The notes: a model not told the origin generated them from the letters alone. Positions 12,737 to 27,810 are shown, numbered from the stretch's first letter. The stretch: DNA of 64,000 bases from Octopus vulgaris (GCA_951406725.2 OX597839.1:39804001-39868000); one strand, 5' to 3'. A program made the numbers and translations.

Positions 12737-13090
12737 ACAGACACACGAACACACACACACACACACACGCACACATACACGCATACACACGCACGCACAC
12801 GCACACATGCACGCACACACACGCACGCACACACACGCACACACACGCACACACGCACACACACACACAAACACACACACAGTCACACATACACACACGC
12901 AAATATACACCCACGGACATATGCACACGCACACGCACACACACGCACACATGCACGCACACACACACGCACACACACACACGCACACACACACACGCAC
13001 ACACACACAAACACACACACACGCGCGCGCGCGCACACACACATACACACACACACACACAGAGACACACAAACACACACACACACACAC
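12632..13090. repeat. Compound (CA)n/(CG) microsatellite
   Basis: Direct read. Confidence 0.95.
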
Positions 13091-13519
13091 TTAGATAGAG
13101 TTAAACGCACACGCATACACAGAATCAGGAAGAAAGAGATGTTCGGCTTACATATGAATACAAATGTAGAGATGCGCGCATACACACATACGCCCACGCA
13201 TGCACTCATACACACACGTAGACACACGAACACACACACACACAGCACACATACAAACACACACAGGCATACACAGATATATAAACACGTACACTCACTC
13301 ATACACACACGCACGCACGCACACACTCACACACATACACAAATAAAGAAAAAAACAGTAACGAATAAACTAACGTACACACACACACACATGCATGCAG
13401 ACAGAGACACATGTAGAAGCATACACATACAATCAAACACACAAACACACACAAACACTCCCGGAAATAAAAGATACAAACACACTCATAGAGTGATATT
13501 GGAAAAATAGTAATGATCC

Positions 13520-13748
13520 TTTGTACTGTAGGCACAAGGCTAGGAATTTTAGCGGGTGGGTGGTGGAGTTAGACGGCTATTCGAGTTCATCGACCCCAGT
13601 GTGCAACTGGTACTTATTTCATTGACCCCGAAAAAAATGAAAGGCGAAGTCGACCACGGTGGAATTTGAACACAGAACATAAAAGGCAGACAAAATACTG
13701 CTCAGCATTTCGCTAGGCTTGCTAACGAATCTGCTAGCTCACTGCTTT
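13520..13748 (-). mobile_element. SINE family B, decayed
   Basis: CGACCCCAGTGTGCAACTGGTACTTA...GAAAGGCGAAGTCGACC...GGAATTTGAAC. Confidence 0.75.
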
Positions 13749-13758
13749 AATAATAATG

Positions 13759-13791
<33 letters not shown>

Positions 13792-13803
13792 GTAATAATA
13801 ATA

Positions 13804-13843
<40 letters not shown>

Positions 13844-13854
13844 TAATAATAATA

Positions 13855-14757
13855 ACGATAAAGATGTGTTTATTAATTGAGTATTCCTTGCGATCACAAT
13901 ATAGCGGCGAAAGAATTTGACAAGATTAGTAAATATAAAGACTTGCTCATAGAAACTGAAAAAAATTTGGCATCTCAAGGCGACTATAGTACCAGTGATT
14001 GTAGGATCTCTAGGAATGATAAAAAAAGGTACTGAAACCTATTTGAAAATGATACCAGTCTTGCTATTCCTACAGGAAGTGCAAAAAAATCGTTTTAACT
14101 GGAATGACTGTTGTATTGAGAAGAGCATTATCGCTGTGGAAACAACATCCATTCATGAATTTATTTATTTATTAATTTTTAAAGAATAAGTCCCGGGCTC
14201 GATTTGCTCGACTAAAGGCGGTGCTCCAGCATGGCCGCAGTCAAATGACTGAAACAAGTAAAAGAGTAAAAGAGTAAAAGAGAATGATAATAAAAAGATG
14301 TGTTTATTAATTGACATGAGTATTCCTTGCGATCACAATATAGCGGCGAAAGAATTTAACAAGATTAGTAAATATAAAGACTTGCTAATAGAAATTGAAA
14401 TAATGTGGCATCTCAAGGCGACTACAGTACCAGTGATTGTAGGATCTCTAGGAATGATAAAAAAAGGTACTGAAACCTATTTGAAAATGAAACCAGTCTT
14501 GCTATCCCTACAGGAAGTGCAAAAAAATCGTTTTAACTGGAATGACTGATGTACTGAGAAGAGCTTTATTGCTGTGGAAACAACATCCATTCATGAATTT
14601 ATTTATTTATTAATGTTTAAATACATATTTTATCTGTGAATTTGCGCGTGTAATCTGGGAATGCATACAAAGCCCTTCTCTGCCCTAGGTGTATGGAAAA
14701 CACTCGGCGAGAAACGGAAGAAAATTTGAAGAAAGAAAAAAAAAACATGATAAAAAA
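13855..14757 (+). mobile_element. 5'-truncated R4/Dong-clade non-LTR retrotransposon in (TAA)n; partially duplicated (13855-14181 and 14284-14757) around a SINE A 3' end (14182-14283)
   Basis: ORF 14298-14549 CLLIDMSIPCDHNIAAKEFNKISKYKDLLIEIEIMW...VPVIVGSLGMIKK matches the restriction-like endonuclease end (ID...P.D, KE..K..KY.DL, VPVIVG.LG). (TAA)n lies on both flanks, the known Dong target. Confidence 0.85.
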
Positions 14758-14766
14758 TAATAATAG

Positions 14767-14803
<37 letters not shown>

Positions 14804-14836
14804 TAATAACTGACGTAACTCTTCACAAAGGTAAAC

Positions 14837-14985
14837 AGTCAAGACGAAGAGCTTGATTCGATTGTAAGATATTCTATTATTTGAACGATATTTCAAGAGT
14901 ACGTCTTGACAAAGACAGACGTACTGTTGAAATATCGTTCGACTAATAAAATATCTTATAATCGAATCGTGCTCTTCGTCTTGAC

Positions 14986-14986
<1 letters not shown>
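14837..14986. repeat. Near-perfect palindrome, 70-bp arms and 10-nt loop
   Basis: AGTCAAGACGAAGAGC...GTACGTCT / AGACGTAC...GCTCTTCGTCTTGACT. Confidence 0.92.
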
Positions 14987-15035
<49 letters not shown>

Positions 15036-15044
15036 GTAGCAATA

Positions 15045-15183
15045 GATCGACCCCGGCACTTATTCTTTGTAAGCCCAGTACTTATTCTATCGGTCTCTTT
15101 TGCCGAACCCCTATGTGACGGGGACGTAAACACAACAGCATCGGTTGTCAAGCAATGCTAGGGGGACAAACACAGACACACAA

Positions 15184-15216
<33 letters not shown>

Positions 15217-15412
15217 CATATATACGACAGGCTTCTTTCAGTTTCCGTCTAACAAATCCACTCACAAGGCATTGGTCCGCCCGGGGCTATAGCAGAAGAC
15301 ACTTGCCCAAGATGCCACGCAGTGGGACTGTACCCGCAACCATGTGGTTGGTTATGGCCACAGTCAAATGACTGAAACAAGTAAAAGAGTAAAAGAGTAA
15401 AGAGTAAAGAGT
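15045..15412. mobile_element. SINE family A with inverted body (15045-15353, minus) and sense tail (15354-15412, plus)
   Basis: The minus-strand body lacks its tail, and the tail follows immediately in plus orientation. Confidence 0.8.
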
Positions 15413-15916
15413 AATAGTAATATTTTCTATAAAAGACACAACGTCTGAAATTTTGTGAGAGGTGCAAGTTGAGTACGTCGACTTCAGTACTTCACTAGTA
15501 CTCTTTTCATCGAACCCAAAAGGTTAAAAGGCAAGGTCGACTACTGCGGAATTCGATCTCGGAATATAAAGAAGGACGACTTCCAACTATGTATTTTGCT
15601 GGGTGGGCGTGGTAAGTAATCCACCAGGTCACCGCCTTATAAGCACACATGAATAAGCTCAAATTTATGCAATTATAACTCACCCCATCCTACAAGAACA
15701 ATAGACAGTCATACATAGATACATGCATACATACAAAACAAACAGACACACAAATCCTTAAACATACAAACACAAACGTTAAATACACACATACACACGC
15801 AACAGTTCATACATTAAAAATTATGCTTATAAATATATAGGCAAAGACAAACACATATACAAGGAAATACATATATATAAATACAGTCACACACCTTCAC
15901 ACTTACACACTTTATG

Positions 15917-15947
<31 letters not shown>

Positions 15948-15952
<5 letters not shown>

Positions 15953-16104
15953 TATCTTTCAAAATTGGGCGCCATTTTGTATTTTATATGATGTGTGTAT
16001 TTGCGTGTATTTATATATATACAATATATATATATATATAAATACACGCAATTACACACATCATATCAAATACAAAATGGCGCCCAATTTTGAAAGATAA
16101 ACAT
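15948..16104. repeat. Near-perfect palindrome, ~74-bp arms centred on (TA)n
   Basis: ATGTTTATCTTTCAAAATTGGGCGCCATTTTG... / ...CAAAATGGCGCCCAATTTTGAAAGATAAACAT. Confidence 0.92.
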
Positions 16105-16232
16105 CACCAATATGTCCACCATTATTAGCTGTATTCTCCACTTATATATTTGGGTGTGTGCGCTTGTACGTATGTGTTTGTGTGTGAGTGTTTGTTTGTG
16201 TTGTGTGTCCAAATATCTCTATATCCACAAAT

Positions 16233-16263
<31 letters not shown>

Positions 16264-16494
16264 TATATGTATACACATACAACCACATAAACACACGTAC
16301 CACACACACGGCCGTAGACTAAAATGCCATATTACTTGATCTTTCTCTTTAAATGTCTCTGCATCTCTCAACATTTCACAGTCTCTTATTTACACTCTCT
16401 TTCTCACTCTCTCACTGTCCCTCCCCCCTCTCTCTCTGTACTATCCGTATTGTAGTACAGTTGCATTATCGTAAGTACTTAGTGTAGAATAGCT

Positions 16495-16536
<42 letters not shown>

Positions 16537-16790
16537 AACACACACACACTCATATACCCATGTATATAAGTTCAGTGTGAGTTCATGTATATATGTATGT
16601 ATACACATATACATACGTAGTTTAGTAAATATACTATTACACTCAACTTTCATACATTGAATGTAATAGTGATATTTTAAGCTAATCGCCGTTACTCTAT
16701 ACTCTAATGGACAGTCTTACACTGTCTGGACATACATACATACATACATACATACACACACACACGTAGGTATATACATATATATATGTT

Positions 16791-16830
<40 letters not shown>

Positions 16831-17018
16831 TGTGTGTATATATGAATATTTATATATGTGTATATATATATATATTTGTAATACATCTGTTTGTTGTTTA
16901 CACACTCGTCTTCGTCTTTTGTATTTTTTGTAAATTCTCACTATGTATTTGTATATGTGCACATTTATATATACATGTGTATACATATATATACATATAT
17001 ATACATATATACATATAT

Positions 17019-17070
<52 letters not shown>

Positions 17071-17118
17071 TCCGTTATATATACATATAATCATATATAT
17101 ATATATATGTGTGTGTAT

Positions 17119-17182
<64 letters not shown>

Positions 17183-17441
17183 TATAGAAACCTTTCGTAC
17201 ATATATAGATTCATAAATGTATTAGCAAAATAATGCTTGCGGCCTTACCAGCAACATTATAAAACAAATACGTGGTAAAATTATTTCTGTCTTTCCTGAT
17301 GAGATTTGAACCATAAAATGTTGGTATATTTCTACGAATAAATATCGGGGCACTGCCGTAACCCTCTCAAAGTCTCAGTGGACCTACACAAGCCTCCGTA
17401 GCTGTTTCCTTGCTCTGTTAATGCAAAGACAGAATCAGCCG

Positions 17442-17499
<58 letters not shown>

Positions 17500-17509
17500 G
17501 ATCTATATC

Positions 17510-17695
17510 TTTTTTTTTTATTTTTTATTTTTTTGTTCTTTTCTTCCCTTTTACGATCCCTTTTGATCGAAAACCTACGCCACCCTTTTTTTTTTGTTTC
17601 TTTTGTTTTTTGTTTTTTTCATCCCCCAAAAGAAAAGCTCTACCTTGTAACTTGTCCCATCTGTGTGCAGCCCTGTGTGGCCAATAAAGAAACTT
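17510..17695 (+). mobile_element. 3' end of (CTAT)n-associated non-LTR element
   Basis: TTTTACGATCCCTTTTGATCGAAAACCTACG...GAAAAGCTCTACCTTG...GGCCAATAAAGAAACT, preceded by (CTAT)n. Confidence 0.8.
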
Positions 17696-17814
17696 ATATC
17701 TTTGTGTGAGTGCGCGCGCGTGAGTTGCGTGAGTGCGCGCGCTTGTGTGTGTGTCTGTATCCGCTATAACGACACCATTCTAGCAGTGTCCACTTATTCC
17801 CGCCAGAAAATAGA

Positions 17815-18003
17815 CACCACCACCACCACCACCACCACCACCACCACGACCTCTACTACCACCGCCTCTACCACTACCATCACCACCACCACCACCATCA
17901 ACAACAACGACACCGACTTACCATCGCCACCAACAGCAACGACAAAAACCCGTCATCACTAACCCTTGCTCCACTACTACCATGATAACAGTAACGACAA
18001 CAC

Positions 18004-18046
<43 letters not shown>

Positions 18047-18051
18047 TACTA

Positions 18052-18106
<55 letters not shown>

Positions 18107-18385
18107 CACTACTACTACTACTACTACTGTCGTCACTTCAACTATCGCCACCACCAGTATCACCACCACCACCAGCAGCAGCACCTCCACCACCACCACC
18201 ACCACCACCACCACCACCACCACCACCACCACCACCACCAGACTTGGCATTTCAAAGTACTAAAATGTCTCTTAGCGTCTTTCATAACAAGATCTCAGGT
18301 AACGGATGTCTCACATACACGTGCGCGTGCCCGCACAGACACGCACTAGGATGCACACACACAAGCAGAAAGAAACACGCGCACA

Positions 18386-18423
<38 letters not shown>

Positions 18424-19525
18424 GGTACTCACAGTTATTTGCAGGTGCAAATTCGTTTGAGCAACAAAGACATCAACACACGCGTACTCACGGAAACGGA
18501 GTCATATACAGGTGTGCACTTATTCAAAAACACTCCCGCACACACAGAGGAATACACACGAATACACACGAATACACATAAAAACACTATCTGATACAGG
18601 TGAACATAGAAGCACACACATACACAAGCACTTACACGCGCGCATAAATCACATACACACACATAAACACTGACATATACAGGTGTACACACATAAACAA
18701 AAAACACACACGAACGCAGGTAGTCATATATAGATGCTGACACACACCTACATACACATACATACACGCATGAACACAAACAGCGCCACACACACAGGTG
18801 TACACACATACACACGTCACTTACAAACACAGGCAACCATGCTGAGTTGCATACACGTTCACACACACACACGCACACACACACACAAACATACACTAAC
18901 GCACCTGTCCCGTTATTTATGGCGGTCAGGTGACGTGTCTAGAATATTCATTGGAGGGTAATTCCCCAGTACAAGGATTGAGTCAACGGCTTCTTTCAAA
19001 GATATAGATCAAGAGACATGTGTGTCTGTGTGTGTGTGTGTATGTGTGTGGTTGTGTGTGTGTGTGTGTGGTTGTAGGTGAATGAACGAAGATTGGGACA
19101 AGGATCATCACCACCACCACCACCAAACCACCACCACCACCATCACCAGCACCGCCACCACCACCACCACCACCACCGCAACCACCGCCACCACCACCAC
19201 CACCACCACCACCACCATCACCACCACCACCACCACCACCACCACAACCACCACCACCACCAACACCACCGCAACCACAACCACAACCACCATCACCACC
19301 ACCGCAACCACCGCCACCACCACCACCACCACCACCACCACCACCACCACCACCACCACCACCACCACCACCACCACAACCACCACCACCACCACAACCA
19401 CCACCACCACCACCACCACCACCACAACCACCACCACCACCACCACCACCACAACCACCACCACCACCACAACCACCACCACAACCACCACCACCACCAC
19501 CACCACCACCACCATCATCATCATC
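17815..19525. repeat. (CAC)n/(TAC)n microsatellite blocks (17815-18240, 19108-19525) with CA-rich spacer
   Basis: Direct read. Confidence 0.9.
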
Positions 19526-19734
19526 AAGAACGTCAGCTCTATTTCATCCGGTTCGTCATCATGTATATTCATCATGGCAGACAGTTATCGTTTTATGTTA
19601 TGTATGTAAGTATGTATGTATGCAACTATCTATCTATCTGTCTACCTACCTGCCTGTCAATCTGTCTGTTTGTCAGTATGTATATATATATATATATGCT
19701 GCTTTACATACACGTACACACATATCCATGCCCA

Positions 19735-19803
<69 letters not shown>

Positions 19804-20083
19804 GTCTGTCTGTCTGTCTGTCTATCTGTGTGCCTGTCTGTCTTTCTGACTGTCTGTGACCAAAGAATTCTATCCGAATCTTTTGATTCAATCTACGACC
19901 CTTTAACAAATGTATACATCTTGCCAACATAGTCACTGAGCACTCATTGAAAAATGTAAAATATATACATAGATATATACATAATTTACAAAATAAGGGC
20001 AAAAGAAAAATTCTAATGCCAAATATGCCGAAAAAAAGACAAAATTGTCAATAACCATTATAATTTTATCCTACATTAGTTGT

Positions 20084-20117
<34 letters not shown>

Positions 20118-20118
20118 G

Positions 20119-20437
<319 letters not shown>

Positions 20438-20538
20438 TATATATACATATACATATGTATATATATATATGTATGTGTGTGTGTGTGCGTGTGTGAGTGT
20501 GTCCATACATATATTGTACACGCACATAAAAATACACA

Positions 20539-20580
<42 letters not shown>

Positions 20581-20668
20581 CATATAGATATTGATAGAGA
20601 TACATATATCATACACACGCGTAGACATTGACGATTATGTATATTTAGAAAGAACAAGAGATAGAGGT

Positions 20669-20717
<49 letters not shown>

Positions 20718-21002
20718 CAGGCAGACAGTGAAAGAGAGAGAGAGAGAGAGGGGGTGGCAGAGATGACTACTAATATAAGCATTATGTTGAGCAGACCCGG
20801 TCTCCAACGGTTATAATTAAAATTCTGTTGGATGAACCGATGTCAAAGCCATGTTGCAAAATTGTTTACGATAAATAACAATATCGTATTGTCTTCTTTC
20901 GATATAAGTGTTTACTTACGTCGCACCCATAACAACAACAACAACAACGACAGCAACACTCTTATCAGCATTATCAGCAACATCTTGCTAATTATCATTG
21001 TT

Positions 21003-21052
21003 TTCTTCTTCTTCTTCTTCTTCTTCTTCTTCTTCTTCTTCTTCTTCTTCTA

Positions 21053-21116
<64 letters not shown>

Positions 21117-21345
21117 TTCTTCTTCTTCTTCTAATTCTTCTTCTCATTCTTCTTCTTTTTCTTCTTCTTCTTCTTCTTCTTCTTCTTCTTCTTCTTCTTC
21201 TTCTTCCTCCTCTTCTTCTTCTTCTTCTTCTTCTTCCACTTCTTCTTCTTCTTCCTCCTCTTCTTCTTCCTCTTCTTCTTCCTCCTCTTCTTCTTCTTCT
21301 TCTTCTTCTTCTTCTTCTTCTTCTTCTTCTTCTTCCTCCCCCCTC
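21003..21345. repeat. (TTC)n microsatellite
   Basis: Direct read. Confidence 0.95.
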
Positions 21346-21379
21346 CTCCTCCTTTCTCGTTCTAATATCTATTAACCCA

Positions 21380-21495
21380 TAGCTGCATTTCGTCTGCCGC
21401 TGCGCTCCGAGTTCAAATTCCACCGACGTGGACTTCGCCTTCCATCCTTTTGGGGTCGATAATTTAAGTACCCCTTGTGTACTGGGGTCGATGTA
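21380..21495 (+). mobile_element. SINE family B fragment
   Basis: GAGTTCAAATTCCACCGACGTGGACTTCGCCTTCCATCCTTTTGGGGTCGATAATTTAAGTACC. Confidence 0.75.
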
Positions 21496-22607
21496 CTGCT
21501 TATATATACATATACATAGATGGAGACATATATGTGCATATTTTTTAATATATTTTTATATATGCATGTTTATATATGTGTGTATACATGTAGATATGTA
21601 TATATACATATATATACATATATATATATATTATCATAAGAGATATATATATATACGTACATATATATATATACGCATATATATGTGTGTGTGTGTATGT
21701 ATATATATGTATATATATATATGTATATATATATATATTTATGTATATATATATGTATATATGTAAGTATATATATATGTGTGTATATACGCATATATAT
21801 ATGTGTACATATACGTATATATATATATATGTATATATATGTATATATATCTTTATATATATATATGTATATATACACATACACACACATATGTATATAC
21901 ATATATGTTTATATGCATGTGGTGGTCGGTGGGCTGGTCGGTGTGTGCATGTATGTGTGTGTATGTGTAAAACTGTACGCATAGTGTATGTATATATGAA
22001 CGTGCACAAACATACACACAGAAACACACACACACATACTCACACACATCTCGATGGCAGAAAGAATAACACCTTGTTGGACTCTAAAACGAAAAACCGT
22101 AAACAAAAAACAGCTGTCTATACGTATATACGTGTGTATGTGTATATATGTGAACGTGTGTGTATAAGCATATGTATATCTGGATGTATATGTGTACGCC
22201 TGCGTGTATTTATATGTACATGTATATAATGAGCGTATCACGAGGGAGAGACAGATGCTTATAATTCCATATAAGTGGATGCTGTGTAGAAATTCTCAAC
22301 TGTTCTGCTAAACAGACACATCATTTACATAGCAGGACTTGCTCCTAGGCTATTTTTTTGTGAAGAACGCGGCGGGGGATCTTGTGTTTTTCCATTGAAA
22401 AATGGCGTCGTACAAATGTCCAAACAAAATGACTGACATTTTTATAATCTTTGAGAAGCTTTAACAAACGCTCTGTCGTTCTTTCATGTCTTTGTATTGC
22501 ACTGCACCCTGGGAAATATTATTTTTTCTTTTTCTTTTTTTCTTTTGTACCGTAGTTTAGCTTCTGGTCGTCTCGGGGTCCTGTGAGAGAAATAAATAGA
22601 ATTGACG

Positions 22608-22779
22608 GCATTGGCGAAGCGTGGCAATGTGGTTAAGAACCTTGTGTTGCAAACAGGTAGCCTCGGGTTCAATCCCCTGGTATGGTAGCAACACCTTGGG
22701 CAAGTGTCGTCTACTATAAAACCTGGCCAACCTTGCCCTGTAAGTGAATTTGATAGACGGAAACTGAAAGAAGCCTGTC

Positions 22780-22856
<77 letters not shown>

Positions 22857-23005
22857 CGTCTCTCTGACTGTGTTCATTCCCTCATCGCTGCTTGACAACC
22901 AAGGCTGGTGTGTTTACGTTCCTGGGGGTGGATTTGCTCGACTAAAGGCGGTGTTCCAGCATAGCCACAGTCAAATGACTGAAACAAATAAAAGAGTAAA
23001 GAGTA
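22608..23005 (+). mobile_element. SINE family A, decayed, with internal deletion
   Basis: Head, GACGGAAACTGAAAGAAGCCTGTCG, internal microsatellite and tail are all recognisable. Confidence 0.8.
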
Positions 23006-24065
23006 TATAATTTTTAGGCTGTGAATGAAAGGCCCCGCCGTTGATTCATTCTCACGAGACGTCTGTCTGAAGATTACGTTAAATAAATAATTATGTTTTC
23101 TATTAGTTACTTGTATGGTAATCATGAAACTTTGGGGAGGGTTTCAGTGGTTTACATCGACTGTAGTGCTCAACTGGTAAATAATTTCATCACCCCCACC
23201 CAGTACAGAAGTGCCAAAATGCTCCACACTCATCAGAGAACGATTCATCTTAATAGCAAATATCTCTTCAGAATATCCAGCCTCTTATATTCGCATACAA
23301 AACAGACTGTTACTTTAATTCGAAATGTTCTAACTCTGCCATGCAACATGTTATACATCGATTCTTCTCTGATGATTACATTAAACGAACAAAGCGTCAC
23401 TGAAACACTTAACCACTTGCAATAGTCGCTGGGGAATTTCATTAACGGTTAACATATGTCAGTGGAATATTCAAAGAATTTTCTGTAGTCTGCTGCCGGA
23501 AGATTCCATTAAAGCTATCGATGTCTTTGATACACTTGGCCACTGACGCCATAATTCAATAAGTCTATGCTTTCCAGTTGACCGAACAAGTGGTTTACGC
23601 ATTCACTCGTCGAAATCGACGGAAGATCTTTATTTTCCTTTTCGTATTCATGGCGTTTAGTCTTTCTCTTGTATCGTTTACTTTTTAATAATTGAACTGT
23701 GGTCACGCTGGGGCATCGCATAAAAGAGTATTAGAGGAGTAAAATTCAATTCCAGTACTTATCTTTGTAAAGGTAGGTACTTAGTCTTTCGGTGCCGTTT
23801 ATATAACCGCTATGTCACGTGGACGGACAACACAGGATACACATACATACATACATACATACATACATACATACATACATACATACATACATACATAAAT
23901 GCTAATAGTAGCGAGACGTTGAGGTTATGAGAGATAATGGTGTCATTGAGACCCAAAGGTGTCAGGTAATGCTGAATAAGTGCTATAGACAGACCATAGT
24001 TAAGTTCCAGATTCAGTAATATTGCGAATAAAGGGTCCAACGTTGGTTCTATGTCAGTGTGTGTG

Positions 24066-24179
24066 TATAAGAATTTTTTGCGTAATAATATAAAAAACCA
24101 AGGCTGTATAGGTATAAGAGCATTTATAACATCTAGAGAGCCTTGGATTTTTTATCGTATTACGCAAAAAATTCTTATA
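24066..24179. repeat. Inverted repeat, ~40-bp arms and 33-nt spacer (MITE-like)
   Basis: TATAAGAATTTTTTGCGTAATA...CCAAGGCT / AGCCTTGG...TATTACGCAAAAAATTCTTATA. Confidence 0.85.
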
Positions 24180-24725
24180 TATATGAACATATATATGGGG
24201 TTTATTATGGCGGTTTAGTTCACAGATGATCTGAACGAATGGGTACGCTGGGTAAGTGGTGTAACGGATTACTAGGGCTCCAAGGTTATAGTCGAGACGG
24301 TAGTTATGGAGCCATTGCAGGGTTCCGATGCAGTGGATATATAATTGTTAAAGAGGACAACAAACACATTAGGAGTAATAAGTATTAGTTGTAGTAGTGG
24401 TTAATAACAATAGAAGTAGTAATAGTAGTGGTGGTAATAAAATTTGTAGTAATAGTTGCAGCGGCAGTAGTAGCAGCAGTTTAATTTGTAGTAGTAGTAG
24501 TAGTAGTAGTAGCAATAATAATAGTAGTATTAGTAGTTGTAGTAGTTGTAGTAGTGGTAGTAGTAAAACAACCTCCCCAACTTCTCTCTCTCTCTGTCTT
24601 TCTCTCCTCCCCCTTCGCCTCTCTCATTCTATACCATGTAATGTCATTAATTACCGGAAGAGGAAATACCTCAATTCATGGCGTAATCTCTTTCACCAAA
24701 CTTTAACGAAGAACACACACGCAGG

Positions 24726-24814
<89 letters not shown>

Positions 24815-25962
24815 AAACACACACACACATACGCACACAAACAAACACACATGCACACATACACACACACAAACAAACACACATAGACACATACGCATAT
24901 ACACACGGAAATACACACATACACACATAAACGCTAACATGCGCATAAACACACAGACAGAAACTGACACACACACGTGTAATGATATAGACATGCCTCT
25001 CAACCAAACACACACACACACATACACATACACACACACGTGCGTGCATATGCCCAGAGATACACAAGGCATGCACACACACATACACACACGCACACAC
25101 ATGCACAGAACACCATCCCACACTAAGCCGCACACACATAAAGACACGTATAAACACGCACAACCACAACCAAGCACAGGCGACGTAAAATACACACACA
25201 CACACACACACATGCGCATGCAATCACGCACACATACTCACAGAGACCGACACACTAACACACACTCACACACATACACACACATATAACATTCACAGAG
25301 ACATGCTTCCACTACCGCACACATCCACACAAACAAACAACATTTAATGGCGGTGCTCCAGCATGGCCACAGTCATTGGACTGAAACATATAAGAGAATA
25401 AGAGAATATATATACACACACTTCCACACACACACACGCACACATACACATGCATATCTCCACACCCACACACAAACACATATTCTCACCTCTCCATACA
25501 CACACACACACATACCCAGAAACACACTTATTCACCTGATACTCGGATTACCATAACCTCCGTTATTCGATAGTCATACTCCACTCCACTCCTCTCCATC
25601 CGCGCCATTCCCCACTCATATTCTCTCCCACTCTCTCATTCGCACCCCCACACACATTCACAGAGATATACATCATGTTTACTCAATTATACATCCATGG
25701 GTACACCATATACATCCTCATCACTTTCGGGTGTTGAGTAAATACAGTTTCACACCCGCACATCCACCCGTTTGAATGGAAAGGAGTGACATTTCAAGGA
25801 TATACGAGAAGGATAGGAGAAGGGGAGGAGGAAGAGGGGATTAGCGGTTGGAGGTGTGTGTGATAGTAGGCGGTGGGAGGTGAGAGGTGAGTGTCGGGGA
25901 GAGGAGGAAAGTCAACACAACATTAACTGTTTATGATGATGGCGACAATGATGATGGTAGGA

Positions 25963-26006
<44 letters not shown>

Positions 26007-26757
26007 AGTGGTGGAGGTGATGATGATGATGATGATTATGATGATAGTGGTGGAGGTGATGATGATGATGATGATGATGATGTAATTATAATAAAAATGA
26101 TAATGACGATAGTGATGATGATGATGATGATGATGGTTGTGGTGATGATGATGATGATGATGATGATGATGGTGTAATTATAATAAAAATGATAATGACG
26201 ATAGTGATGATGATGATGATGATGATGGTTGTGGTGATGATGATAATGATGATGTAGAGAAAGGTGTTGATTAAGACGATCATGATGGTGACGATGGTTA
26301 TGATGATGATGATATAGAGGATGGCGGCAGCAACGACAATGACGATGATGATGACTATGATGATGATAGCGTCGATGATGGTCATGGTGGTGATGATAAT
26401 GATGGTGTCGGTGGCAGTTGTACCGATGAGGATGATGATGATGATGATGATAAATGTGGTGATGTAATTATAATAAGAATGATAATGACGATAGTGATGA
26501 TGATGATGGTGATGATGGTGATGATGATGATGACGATGATGATGATGATGACGGCGACGAAGGTGATGACGAATCTATCAAAGCGGTGGTGTTGATGACG
26601 AAGATAACGACGATAATGACGGTGTGTTCATGATTATGATGAGGAGGAGGACGATAGGGATAGAGCAGAGGAAGAAGTGGAAGGGTGGGATATTATTATT
26701 AGTATTACTATTATTATTATTATTATTATTATTGTTATTATTGTTATTATTATTTTT

Positions 26758-26788
<31 letters not shown>

Positions 26789-27259
26789 TTATTATTATTA
26801 TTATCATTATTATTATTATTATTATAATTGTTGTTGTTATTATTATTGTTATTATTATATTGATAATAGTAATGATGATGATGATGATGATAACGATGAT
26901 GACGACGACTATGACATTGATGAAGTCGATGATGATGATGTGGAGGAGGAAGGATGAAGGACGTAGATGAGGGGCGGGACGGGAGGGGGAGAATGAGGAG
27001 GCGAGGGAAAAGGAAGAGGTGAATATTGTTTACATTGATTGAAGTCATTTGGATGATGATGATGATAATGATGATGGTGGTGGTGGGGATGATTACAACA
27101 GGGAGAAGGAAGGTGGGAAAGATGACACTGAAGTTAAAAATGGCGATGCTGATGACAAGAAGTGCGTCAACAGGCTACAAGAACAACAACAAACTCAGAG
27201 AGGCACAACGAAATGAGTCTATCTTTACTTCACAGAAAATATACAGACATATCTACACA

Positions 27260-27359
<100 letters not shown>

Positions 27360-27393
27360 GATACACACAGACATATACACACACACAGATACA

Positions 27394-27720
27394 CACAGAC
27401 ATATACACACACATAGATATACTCACATACGCACGCATATGCTCATATGCGCACACATATACACACACAGACACACACATATATATGTATATATATACAC
27501 ACACACATATACACACAGACATATACACACACACATAAATATACTCACATACGCACACATATGCTCACATGCACACACATATATATACACACACACACAT
27601 ATATATGTATATATATATATACACACACATATACACACAGACATATACACACACACATAGATATACTCACATACGCACACATATGCTCACATGCACACAC
27701 ATATACACACACATAAACAC
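27394..27720. repeat. ~120-bp minisatellite, about 3 copies, built from CA/TA microsatellite
   Basis: ATATACTCACATACGCAC..ATATGCTCA recurs at about 27417, 27539 and 27661. Confidence 0.8.
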
Positions 27721-27745
27721 ACATACACATATACACTCACATATT

Positions 27746-27810
<65 letters not shown>

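Noticed and set aside
18900-19015. Cluster of short TF motifs (TTTATGG, CAGGTG, TGAGTCA) and scattered AAAATGGCG YY1-like sites elsewhere
   Set aside because: Short motifs are expected by chance; no independent support.
23900-24380. Possible Penelope GIY-YIG remnant (minus strand LTPLGLND)
   Set aside because: Only a short motif matches; needs a profile search.
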